From an uncultured bacterium (GTDB lineage Bacteria > Latescibacterota > UBA2968 > GCA-2709665): a stretch of 64,000 nt of DNA. Positions 54,651-63,433 of this stretch are shown here, piece after piece. The stretch lies in contig CAZKDZ010000076.1 of NCBI GenBank assembly GCA_964551635.1, positions 7,287 to 71,286 on the forward strand. The letters run 5' to 3'. Each line of letters opens with the position of its first letter. The stretch's first letter is position 1. Below the pieces are notes generated by a model. That model was not told where the DNA came from and searched no databases. It saw nothing but the letters and a program-made list of their open reading frames with translations. The position numbers and the translations under genes are program-made.

Positions 54651-56366
54651 GTGTCTAGACAGTTGCGTATATGTCCCTATGGCCTTGTCATCTCGCTTGT
54701 CGTGGGCGTGTCAGGAGACGTGTTTGCGTCGGATCGCGTGCTCGTTCGGCAGGTGCGGGTAGACGGGGCGCACCGGGTTTCCGGGGACCGCGTTCGGGGA
54801 TGGCTGATGACGCGGGCAGGCATGCCTCTGGACAGCCTGTTGCTTGAGAAGGATATGGCGCGAATTCTGGAAGGCTATGTGCACGAGGGTTACTGGCAGG
54901 TATCCGTCGCGTTTCCGGAGGTGGAACTGGATCGGGGGCGAGTGCGGTTTCGGATCGAGGAGGGCCGGCGGACCCTTATCAATACGGTCCGGATTTCAGG
55001 AAATGTACACGTTGCAACGGACTCGCTGATGAGCCGGATGTTTTCGCGCAGCGGTTCGCCGCTTGTCAGGGAATCCCTGGAGTTCGACATCGAAGCGATT
55101 CTCGGGTTCTACGAGAACCGCGGCTACCCCTATTGTTCGGTGGCGCCTGAGGTGAGCTTGCTGCCCGGCAGCCACGCGGCCGGGGTCAGGATCGCTGTCG
55201 ACGAAGGTCCCTTCGTGCGGGTGGATACGATCCGCTTCGCAGGTAACCGGATCACCCGTGACGAGACTTTGCGCCGGGAAATGCGGATGGCGCAGGGTGG
55301 GCCCTACGACCAGCGACGGGTCGACCGTGCACTCCGTGCGCTCAGGCGGCTTCCGTTTCTGCTGGACGTGGATGCCCCGTTATTGACTACCGAACCCGAT
55401 GGCCGGACGGCGCTGGTCGTTACCGTCCACGAGGCCCCGGCCGGCAGGGCAGAAGGCGTCGTTGGCGTTGCGCCCGCGTCGCGCGATGGCGTCCAGGGGC
55501 TTAGCGGATCGTTCGCGACCACGTTTGTGAATCTGCTCGGAACCGGCAGGCGGGCGGACGCCTCCTGGTCGCGAAGCGGAAGGGGGGCGTCAGACCTGGA
55601 CCTGCGTTACCATGAACCCTGGATCCTGAGGCGGCCCCTGGGCCTGGAGGCGGGGCTGCTGATGCGACAGCGGCCCGGATTCGCTGAAAACCGCATGGGT
55701 CTCGGCGTCAGTCTGACGACGGCCGGCGGCGCCCGGGTCCGGCTGGGTGCTTCCAGGGGCGGAATCCGGCCGGATTCGAGCGGGGCAAGCGGATTTGAGA
55801 AGGGTCGTATAACGTCTCTGGACGGTGCGCTGGAATTGGACCGCAGGAACGATCGATGGAACCCGACGTCGGGGTCGTTGTATCGCGTCGGCCTCGTGTG
55901 GAGCCGCGTGACGCAGGGCAGCGGCGCCGGCCGGAGGTTGCGCGCGACCGCGGACCTGCATCGAATTCTCGCGCTGGGCCAGCGGACCGCGTTGGCAGCC
56001 TCGCTGCATGGAGCGGGTGTTGCAGAAACCGGCATCGGGCTTCCGGACGGGCCGTTTCGATTGGGAGGCGCCACGTCGATACGAGGCTATCGTGAGGAGG
56101 AGTTTCTGGTGAACCGGGCGATCTGGATGAATCTGGAACTGCGCCTGATCCTTGCGCGCCGGTCACGGGCGTTTCTCTTTGTCGATGCCGGTGTTCTGGG
56201 AGATGCCGCGGGGGGCGAAAGGAAGGGGTTGCTCTTCCCGCTTGGTTTCGGACTGGGCATGCGAACCGTATCCCGGTTCGGGACCATCGGAATGGATTAC
56301 GGGCTGGCAAGAACCGACAGTCCGGGTCGTGGAAAGGTTCACGTACGTATGGTGAACGACTTCTAA
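54651..56366 (+). CDS. Omp85-family outer-membrane protein (BamA/TamA-like, about 3 POTRA domains)
   Basis: GTG start and signal peptide. POTRA-like V.V.G......V.......G......L..D...I...Y...GY repeats. C-terminal ...VHVRMVNDF. Confidence 0.8.
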   Translation: MSRQLRICPYGLVISLVVGVSGDVFASDRVLVRQVRVDGAHRVSGDRVRGWLMTRAGMPLDSLLLEKDMARILEGYVHEGYWQVSVAFPEVELDRGRVRFRIEEGRRTLINTVRISGNVHVATDSLMSRMFSRSGSPLVRESLEFDIEAILGFYENRGYPYCSVAPEVSLLPGSHAAGVRIAVDEGPFVRVDTIRFAGNRITRDETLRREMRMAQGGPYDQRRVDRALRALRRLPFLLDVDAPLLTTEPDGRTALVVTVHEAPAGRAEGVVGVAPASRDGVQGLSGSFATTFVNLLGTGRRADASWSRSGRGASDLDLRYHEPWILRRPLGLEAGLLMRQRPGFAENRMGLGVSLTTAGGARVRLGASRGGIRPDSSGASGFEKGRITSLDGALELDRRNDRWNPTSGSLYRVGLVWSRVTQGSGAGRRLRATADLHRILALGQRTALAASLHGAGVAETGIGLPDGPFRLGGATSIRGYREEEFLVNRAIWMNLELRLILARRSRAFLFVDAGVLGDAAGGERKGLLFPLGFGLGMRTVSRFGTIGMDYGLARTDSPGRGKVHVRMVNDF

Positions 56367-56392
56367 CGTCCCCGAAAAACGACGAATCCTGG

Positions 56393-57208
56393 TCAAAAGG
56401 GGAACAGGACGGGGATGTTTTCGGGCGGGAGAGCGCCGCCGTATTCGCAGACCTGAAAGGCCTCGGCATACCGGACAGCGAGTCCGCGGCTTTCGCCGTA
56501 ACGTTTCACGAGAATGTCCCGATGCCGGTCGGCAACCGCGCGGAACTGCTCCAGCCGGTGCTCCAGCCACTTCCTGCGCTGGCGGGGCGATTTCGGCACT
56601 TCGTCGAGCTTTCCGGCGTTATAGGGCAGCCACTCGTACATCTGCGACGTATGACAGTGCAGCATATCGAGCTTTTTCTCCACAATCGCATCGATGTCGA
56701 TTGCGACCTCGGGCGTAAAGGGTGCGGGAAACCTGAAGTTGTCGCTCATGTAGGCGATTACCGGATTGTACGCCAGCGCGGGAACGTCCGTACAGACGTT
56801 CGGGACGGTTACCATATACGCCGCGTCCTGAACGAGGATGCCCGCGTACCGATGGTCCGGATGGTAGTCATTGGGCCGATGGGCGAGAATGAGGTCCGGG
56901 GTGTAGGCACGGATCATGCGGATGACGTGCTTGCGGTTTTCCAGCGTGGGCTCCAGTTCCCCGTCGTGGATGTCCGTTACGAGGTATTCGATGCCGGCCA
57001 CCGCGCCGGCGGCCTCGGCCTCGGCCCGGCGTCTGCGCGCGAGCGCGATGCCCCCGGTCTCGTGGTGGCCCGCGTCTCCGTTTGTCATGGAGACGAACCG
57101 GACTTCATGACCCAGCGCCGCGTAGCTGATTGCAAGGCCGCCGGCCTTGAGGTCACAGTCGTCCGGATGCGCCCCGAAAACGATGATTCTGAGAGGTCGG
57201 TTGGTCAC
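56393..57208 (-). CDS. PIG-L/LmbE-family deacetylase
   Basis: GTG 57208 lies 5 nt after the upstream stop and gives VTNRPLRIIVFGAHPDDCDLKAGG; 271 aa. The track ORF extends into the upstream gene. Confidence 0.8.
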   Translation of the reverse strand: MTNRPLRIIVFGAHPDDCDLKAGGLAISYAALGHEVRFVSMTNGDAGHHETGGIALARRRRAEAEAAGAVAGIEYLVTDIHDGELEPTLENRKHVIRMIRAYTPDLILAHRPNDYHPDHRYAGILVQDAAYMVTVPNVCTDVPALAYNPVIAYMSDNFRFPAPFTPEVAIDIDAIVEKKLDMLHCHTSQMYEWLPYNAGKLDEVPKSPRQRRKWLEHRLEQFRAVADRHRDILVKRYGESRGLAVRYAEAFQVCEYGGALPPENIPVLFPF

Positions 57209-57215
57209 GGTGTGC

Positions 57216-58928
57216 TCAGTCGGGAATCGGGTGGTAGACGGCCTCGATCGATACGTTGGATCGACCTTCGGGTATGGACACGAAAGCGACGCGTTCACGG
57301 TAACGGACGTCGGTGTCAAAATGCGCCTCTTCCCCGTCCACCCGGATTTCGCCGACCGATGCGCCGGCGAACTGCAGCGGGATCTGGATGCGGAGATCGG
57401 GGTGAGGCGAACCGCCCTGCAGGCAGAATCCGAGTCTCGAACCGTTCCATCGCAGGTCGGCCAGCCGCCACGTATCACGCGCGCTCCAGAAGGCCGCCCA
57501 CTGGTCGAAGGACCAGATGGGCAGGCCTTTTTCATTTGCCTGGCGAAGCAGTTCCCGGCCCTGTTCCTCTGAAAACCTCACCCAGTTTCCTGGATGGATA
57601 CAGACGCCGTAGGGTGTGTGGAAACGGGTCGTGATATCGGTGAAGATGCGCTCGAGCATGACCGAGAAAACAGCCGGCGACAGCTTGTAGGAATAGTCCT
57701 GGGGACCGAACATGCCGTCGTCGATGAGGTGGGTGTGTTGCTGATAGACGTTGACGAGGCGCCCGTCCGGGTGGCAGAATCGCATGGGCAGCGCCGCGCC
57801 GAAGGAGGCGTAGGGCGCGTTCTCCCTGTCTCTCATATAGGTCCCGGAAAAATAGTTGCCGTCCATCTGCACGCCCAGTCTTTCCATGACGTCCACGAGG
57901 TCCAGATAGCCGGCCCATGCCGTGCAGTGATTGCGCACGGTACGGGCGGGAATCCCGAATGTCTCCTCAAACAGGCGGATCTGGCGTTCGAATTCGGCAA
58001 CGCGTTCCTGTACGGGACGTCCGTCCAGCGGGCGAAGGTTCGGATGCGGTCCGATGTCGTGGCGTTTCGCGTATCCTGCCACGTCATCGGGTGTGGACTT
58101 CGTGTGGTTGGGGATGATGTACAGGCTCATGCGTCCCCCCGCGTCGGAGACACCGTCGAACTCATCCTCGTTCGACGTCACGTCGGCGTTGTCTTCGTCG
58201 CCGGAGTAGAGCAGGATGCCCGGAGCCGTGCGGGGAAGATGAGACAGGACGGGAACCGGCGCAGGCAGGCGCTTGCGTGCAAAGTCTGTGAACAACCGCG
58301 ATAGCAGGTCGGCGTGGGGAATCCATCCGGCATCATAGGGACCCAGGCGGGCGGCCATGTGGGTGGGACGTGCGCAGCCGTCTCCGTGGGGAATGCTTTC
58401 GGCGAGGGCGGGATCTCCCTGGCGCAGCAAGAGAACGCAACGGGGCAGATCGAAGGCGAATGAGACGATTCGTCCGCTGCCGAGACGGGTCTCCGCAATC
58501 CCCGCGGTTTCGCCGCCATAGCGCCCGGGATGAGACAGATAGGCCAGTGGTTTCGCGGTTTCTGAGAGTTCCCACGCGTGAACCGACCCCACAATCGGGA
58601 CGAATTCCCCGGCCAGACCGCCGGTGGGATACGCCACGTTGCGAAGGCGCAGCGGTGGTTCTTTCGTGCCCCGCACCTTCAGCCCGGCCGCATGAGCGAG
58701 CGCCCTTCCCGGAAGGAAGCAGAGAACCGTGCCTCCCCGACGGGCGTAGTCGGGCAGCGCGGCGTCATCATTATAGGCCGGACAAACAAGCACGGGGAAA
58801 TCGGCGGGATCCAGACCGGGCACCATGTCGCCTGAGACTGGCGCGTAGAGCGGCAGCCCCCAGGTCTTGAGAATCTCGGCGATGTACGCCGAAAGCCTGG
58901 ACCGGTTTGTCATGATGCCGATCTGCAT
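57216..58928 (-). CDS. Hypothetical protein (570 aa), possibly a carbohydrate-modifying enzyme
   Basis: Natural composition. Translationally coupled to the upstream gene (TGATG at 58928) and lies 5 nt from the downstream gene. No motif I can name with confidence. Confidence 0.65.
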   Translation of the reverse strand: MQIGIMTNRSRLSAYIAEILKTWGLPLYAPVSGDMVPGLDPADFPVLVCPAYNDDAALPDYARRGGTVLCFLPGRALAHAAGLKVRGTKEPPLRLRNVAYPTGGLAGEFVPIVGSVHAWELSETAKPLAYLSHPGRYGGETAGIAETRLGSGRIVSFAFDLPRCVLLLRQGDPALAESIPHGDGCARPTHMAARLGPYDAGWIPHADLLSRLFTDFARKRLPAPVPVLSHLPRTAPGILLYSGDEDNADVTSNEDEFDGVSDAGGRMSLYIIPNHTKSTPDDVAGYAKRHDIGPHPNLRPLDGRPVQERVAEFERQIRLFEETFGIPARTVRNHCTAWAGYLDLVDVMERLGVQMDGNYFSGTYMRDRENAPYASFGAALPMRFCHPDGRLVNVYQQHTHLIDDGMFGPQDYSYKLSPAVFSVMLERIFTDITTRFHTPYGVCIHPGNWVRFSEEQGRELLRQANEKGLPIWSFDQWAAFWSARDTWRLADLRWNGSRLGFCLQGGSPHPDLRIQIPLQFAGASVGEIRVDGEEAHFDTDVRYRERVAFVSIPEGRSNVSIEAVYHPIPD

Positions 58929-60100
58929 CAGCCTTCCTCCCGGGGCAAAGCGCCATTGGGCCTGGCGTCCGTCGGACGAAATTCGGGCACCTTCAACGGC
59001 CGTGATCCGCGATCGATGGAGTCCGCCGCGAGGATGGCCGGCGCGGCTGTCTCGATTGCCCTGTAGACGTTGAACTCCAGGGCCTTCCCATCGCGGACGG
59101 CGTCGCGAAACGCCGCGTGCACGTAGTAGTCGGCGTCGCCGTGGCCGCTTGCCCGCGCTTCGGGCGGCCCGTCGGTTCGCTCGAAGCGCCAGTCGACCTC
59201 AGCCATGTCGTGCATCTGCTCGTCGGCCAGCCACATGAGCGGTCGCCCTTTCTGCGAACGTTTCCATTCAACGCTGCCCCTTGTGCCCAGCACCTGGTAC
59301 CAATGGTGACCCCTGCTGCTGGGGATTTTCTGTGTGAATCCGGCGGCCATCCGCAGAATCGCATCCTTTTCGGTCTTCATCAGCGCCACCTGGATGTCGG
59401 GCTGGCTGATTTCGGGATGGGAATAACTGGGTCCGGACGTGCTCATGGCCGTCACTTCCACCGCCCGGTCATCCAGCACTCGGAGCATGGGGCTCAATTC
59501 GTGAGGCAGGTAGTGGATGGGCGGCATCTGGTGCAGCCACGTCGGTCTGGACCCGGAATGTTCCCCCAGCTGCTCGACCGAATGGAACTCTCCCGTGTGC
59601 GGATCCTGAAAGAACTGCCGCGTGCCGTAATAGCCGATATACTGGCCCTCGCAGAAGGTGACCCTGCCCAGCCGTCCCTGCGCCACGAGGTCGCGCCAGG
59701 TGTCCACGAAACCCCAGTACCTCGTTTGCTCGGCCAGATGGTAGACCAGGCCGGTGCGTTCAGCCTGGGTGACGATCCGCCAGCAGTCTTCCAGGGTGTG
59801 GGCGGCGGGCACTTCGGAGTTTACGTGTTTACCGGCTTCCAGGGCCATGGCCGACAGTGCGCCCTGTTCCCTGCAGCGGACGCACAGGGCGACGGCGTCC
59901 ACGTTGCGGTCGGCCAGGAGGTCCTCGTACGCGGAGTACGCGGCGGCAGGGTTATCGAGCGCGGCGAGCGCCCGTTCGTGCAGTGCATTGATGGGGTCGC
60001 AAACGGCCGTGATCCGGTAGCCGCGGAGGCGTTGGAGCATGCGGAGCCAGTGCAGGCCCCTGTGCCCGAGGCCGACGAGTCCAATGCGAATGTCATCCAT
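58928..60100 (-). CDS. Gfo/Idh/MocA family oxidoreductase
   Basis: MDDIRIGLVGLGHRGLHW N-terminus. GAGG lies 6 nt upstream of ATG 60100. Confidence 0.85.
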   Translation of the reverse strand: MDDIRIGLVGLGHRGLHWLRMLQRLRGYRITAVCDPINALHERALAALDNPAAAYSAYEDLLADRNVDAVALCVRCREQGALSAMALEAGKHVNSEVPAAHTLEDCWRIVTQAERTGLVYHLAEQTRYWGFVDTWRDLVAQGRLGRVTFCEGQYIGYYGTRQFFQDPHTGEFHSVEQLGEHSGSRPTWLHQMPPIHYLPHELSPMLRVLDDRAVEVTAMSTSGPSYSHPEISQPDIQVALMKTEKDAILRMAAGFTQKIPSSRGHHWYQVLGTRGSVEWKRSQKGRPLMWLADEQMHDMAEVDWRFERTDGPPEARASGHGDADYYVHAAFRDAVRDGKALEFNVYRAIETAAPAILAADSIDRGSRPLKVPEFRPTDARPNGALPREEG

Positions 60101-60110
60101 TGAGGACCTC

Positions 60111-60270
60111 AGAACGAGAATACGAGATTACGAAAGAACGAGAATACGAGAATACGAAACTACGAGTATACGAAACTACGAGAATGCGAAACTACGAGAA
60201 TGCGAAACTACGAGAATGCGAAACTACGAAAATACGAAACTACGAAAATACGAAACTACGAAAGAACGCC
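60111..60270 (-). repeat. 8-bp-period tandem array, 20 units (plus strand AMTACGAR; minus strand YTCGTAKT), array B
   Basis: Direct count of 20 contiguous octamers from agaacgag (60111) to agaacgcc (60270). The core 16-mer actacgagaatgcgaa occurs 3 times. On the minus strand the array ends 10 nt before ATG 60100. Confidence 0.8.
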
Positions 60271-60531
60271 TACCCGGCAATGCATCGATCATCAATTTTG
60301 CGGGATGCCAAAGGGACAGACAACTGTCCTGAATCCCCGGCAGTCTTCGCGCGGCCGCAAAGGCGCCTGTTCGGAACTCACCTGGGCTTCTACCACGGCG
60401 CCCGCCGTGTGAATCGCGAAATCGAGGCGCCTGCCGGCGGCGGAGGCAGGATGCGGACGAATATACGGATCTGGGACAGCTGCGCAAGCGCATCCCGGGC
60501 GGCGAACCGGACGTCGACGTTCAGGGCGGAT

Positions 60532-61758
60532 TCATTCCGGGAGACGTCCGGGACCTGGATCCGAGGCCCTGTGAGCGTAGTAGAGGCCGATGCCGCAGGC
60601 AACCGCCCCCAGGGCGAAGACCGTGCCGATGGCGAAGGGCAGTGACGTGCCCCAGTCGATGAGTTTTCCGCCGCCCAGGCTTCCGGAGAGCATGCCCGCG
60701 CTCCAGGCGACGTGCGCGCTGCCGACCACACGGCCCTCTTCGCCCTCACGGGCGGTAAGCTGGAGTATCCCGGGCATGGTCGTGGAGAGGGACCAGGCGA
60801 AAACGGACGCCACGATACCGAATATATACAGCCCCGCCAGCGTATGCGCCGTAAACGTCAGACCCACCGCGCTTACGGCCACAAGCGAGGATGAGATGAC
60901 AACGGGCTTCCAGCGGCCGATGCGATCGACGAGCCGGCCCGTGAGCAACTGCGAGCCACAGGCGGCGACAAGGCTGATGGCGCTGTACGTGGTGACGGAC
61001 GTGTTGGTTCCGGAGACGCGAAAGATGAGCAGCGGAATGAGCAGGGTCACGGCGCCCCAGTAGCTGGTGGGCAGGTACCGGATGGCCAGCAGCAGGCGTA
61101 CTTCCCGCCGCCGGCAGAGGTCGATAAAACCCGCCAGGGAGCGCGCGGCCGATCTCTCGTTGCTTTCGGGACGCGGAAGGCTGGGCAGCAGGACGAGCGA
61201 TAGAACGACGATACCCGCAGCGGTTGCGCAGGCCAGATGCCCCAGCCGCTCGTAACCCAGGTTGTCGGCAATGGGACCCGCCAGCAGGTTTCCCGCCGCG
61301 CTCCCGAGCGTGCTGCTCAGGAAATAACCGCCCGCCGCCATGCCCAGGACGCGGGGGGGGACCGAACTCAGAAGATAGCTCTGTCCGCCAGTACTGCTGA
61401 AACCGAACGTCATGCCCAGGCCGATACAGAGGGCCGAAAGGAGATACGGGTCGCCCGTGAGAAAGATCGCGCCCGCCAGCAGCGGTCCGAACTGCCCCAG
61501 GATGAACACCCTCTTGATGCCGAAGGCATCGCACAGCATGCCGGCGGGAACGGAACAGAGTCCACCCAGCGTGAAGAAGAGCCCTCGCAGACCGGCTGAA
61601 AAGAGGGGGGACCGGGCCAGGCCTGCTTCCACATAGACGGGAAGGAGCGAGGAGTAGAGGGGCGAGGAGACGAAACTGGCAAGAAAGGAAACGACGAGAA
61701 GGGCCACGAACCGGCGGTTCAGCAACTCCTGGAAGCCTGCGGTTGAAGGTTCGGACAT
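60532..61758 (-). CDS. MFS transporter
   Basis: 408 aa with about 12 TM segments and N-terminus RRFVALLVVSFLASF. The alternative-frame ORF 60746..61822 is Arg/Pro-rich. Confidence 0.85.
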   Translation of the reverse strand: MSEPSTAGFQELLNRRFVALLVVSFLASFVSSPLYSSLLPVYVEAGLARSPLFSAGLRGLFFTLGGLCSVPAGMLCDAFGIKRVFILGQFGPLLAGAIFLTGDPYLLSALCIGLGMTFGFSSTGGQSYLLSSVPPRVLGMAAGGYFLSSTLGSAAGNLLAGPIADNLGYERLGHLACATAAGIVVLSLVLLPSLPRPESNERSAARSLAGFIDLCRRREVRLLLAIRYLPTSYWGAVTLLIPLLIFRVSGTNTSVTTYSAISLVAACGSQLLTGRLVDRIGRWKPVVISSSLVAVSAVGLTFTAHTLAGLYIFGIVASVFAWSLSTTMPGILQLTAREGEEGRVVGSAHVAWSAGMLSGSLGGGKLIDWGTSLPFAIGTVFALGAVACGIGLYYAHRASDPGPGRLPE

Positions 61759-61991
61759 TGTTGAACCGGACTATGGCGATTCGCGTTCGAAAGCGCTGGA
61801 CATCAAACTGCGGTGAAATCATATTTGGGTGCTGTCTGAAGCGCGCTTATTATCGAAGATTGCGGCCGCGATGTCAACCCAAAAGCCATTCGACGTCACG
61901 GCGGTTTCGGTCGTTGCCGGAGAGGCGCGAACGGTTGAATTACGGGAGTGCGGATGAATGGTCTGCCGCCCGGGGTAGAAAGAGGTCTGGA

Positions 61992-62522
61992 ATGCGGAAA
62001 ACCGCAAAAAAGGTGATACCCGGCTGGACGGGGCGGTACTATGAGGATTTCGCCGTGGGTGAAGTCTATCGGAGCCGGTTCGGGAGAACGGTAACGGAGG
62101 CCGACAACCAGTTGTTCACGCACCTGACGCTGAATACGAATCCGCTTCACTTTGACGAGGCGTATGCCCGGAGTACGCGTTGGGGAAAGATCCTGGTCAA
62201 CAGCACGTTTACACTCGCGCTGGTCGTGGGCATGAGCGTGCCTGACGTGAGCGAGAAGGCGATGGCGAATCTGGGCTGGAGCGAAATCCGGCTTCCCAAT
62301 CCGGTGTTCGTGGGCGATACGCTCTATTGTGAAACGGAGGTACTCGCCGGGCGCGAATCGAAGTCTTACCCGGAAGCGGGCATCGTGAAGGTGCGCACGC
62401 GCGGCGTGAATCAGGACGGTCGCGTCGTCATCGACCTGACACGCAATGTGATGGTCTACAAGAGAGCGCACGCACCGTCGGACAACAGCTTTCCGGAGAT
62501 TCGCGAGGAGGCGGACGGGTGA
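61992..62522 (+). CDS. MaoC-like (hot-dog fold) enoyl-CoA hydratase/dehydratase
   Basis: ATG 61992 gives MRKTAKKVIPGW..YEDFAVGEVY....RTVTEADNQLFTHLTLNTNPLHFDE. Confidence 0.8.
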   Translation: MRKTAKKVIPGWTGRYYEDFAVGEVYRSRFGRTVTEADNQLFTHLTLNTNPLHFDEAYARSTRWGKILVNSTFTLALVVGMSVPDVSEKAMANLGWSEIRLPNPVFVGDTLYCETEVLAGRESKSYPEAGIVKVRTRGVNQDGRVVIDLTRNVMVYKRAHAPSDNSFPEIREEADG

Positions 62523-63379
62523 AGGCGATGCGGACCTGGCTGTTCGTGCCGGGCCACCGGCAGCGGATGATCGAAAAGTCATTCGGTCTGTCGTCAGATG
62601 TCGTGATCTTCGATCTGGAAGACGGCGTTCCGAGGGGCGAGAAGGACGATGCGCGCCGGAAGGTGGCTGCCGCGCTGGGCGGCGCGCCTGCCGGCGTGAC
62701 CCCGTTTGTGAGAGTTCACGCGGCAGGGTCCCCGGATCTGCACGCCGATCTGCTGGCGCTTGCCGGGGTGCGTCCGCAGGGAATCGTGTTGTCCAAGGTT
62801 CAGGGTCCGGAGGATGTGCTAGAATTCCACGGGTGGCTCGACCGCCACGAGGCATCGGTCGGGTTGCCATCCGGGGCGGTCAGGCTTCTGGCGACCATCG
62901 AGAGCGCCGGCGGCCTGGTCCAGGCTCCCGCGATCGCGTCCGCCACGCCCAGGCTGGCGGGGCTCATGTTCGGCGCGGAGGATTTCGCGCTGGATATGGG
63001 CCTCTTTACGCATGTGGGTCAAGGGTTGTTCGACTATGCCCGTTCGGCGCTGGCGGTCGCCGCGGCCAGCGGAGGGATCCTGGCCATAGACAAGGTATTT
63101 ACCGATTTCCGCGATTCCGACGGACTGGCCGTGGAAGCTCGGCGGGCCAGGGACCTCGGGTTTGCCGGTAAGGCCGTCATTCACCCGGACCAGGTCGGCG
63201 CCGTGAATGAAATCTTCAGCCCTACAGGGGACGAAGTGACGCTGGCCAGGAGGATCGTCACGGCCTTCCAAAGCGACTCGGACGACGGCGCGACGGCCGT
63301 AGACGGAAGGATGGTCGACAGACCGGTGCTGGAACAGGCTCGAAGGATTCTGGACCGCCACCGTGAAGCACGCGTGTAA
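62519..63379 (+). CDS. HpcH/HpaI aldolase / citrate-lyase beta (CitE)-like acyl-CoA lyase
   Basis: GTG overlaps the previous stop (GTGA). Contains WLFVPGHRQRMIEKS and VIFDLEDGV, with a later ESA..L and AEDF pattern. Confidence 0.85.
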   Translation: MKAMRTWLFVPGHRQRMIEKSFGLSSDVVIFDLEDGVPRGEKDDARRKVAAALGGAPAGVTPFVRVHAAGSPDLHADLLALAGVRPQGIVLSKVQGPEDVLEFHGWLDRHEASVGLPSGAVRLLATIESAGGLVQAPAIASATPRLAGLMFGAEDFALDMGLFTHVGQGLFDYARSALAVAAASGGILAIDKVFTDFRDSDGLAVEARRARDLGFAGKAVIHPDQVGAVNEIFSPTGDEVTLARRIVTAFQSDSDDGATAVDGRMVDRPVLEQARRILDRHREARV

Positions 63380-63433
63380 GCTGGACCGGGCTTTTCTTAT
63401 TTTTCCGGTCGTTTCCCGTGACAAGAGGATCAT

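Noticed and set aside
60111-60270. Possible CRISPR array.
   Set aside because: The period is 8 bp with no unique spacers, so it is far too short. There are no cas genes in the window.
60039-60645. ORFs 60039..60332, 60100..60645 and 60200..60412, which encode YENTKLR / YETTKIR repeat proteins.
   Set aside because: They are translations of the 8-bp tandem array (8 x 3 = 24-nt periodicity gives 8-aa peptide repeats in all frames). They have no RBS logic and continue into Arg-rich sequence.
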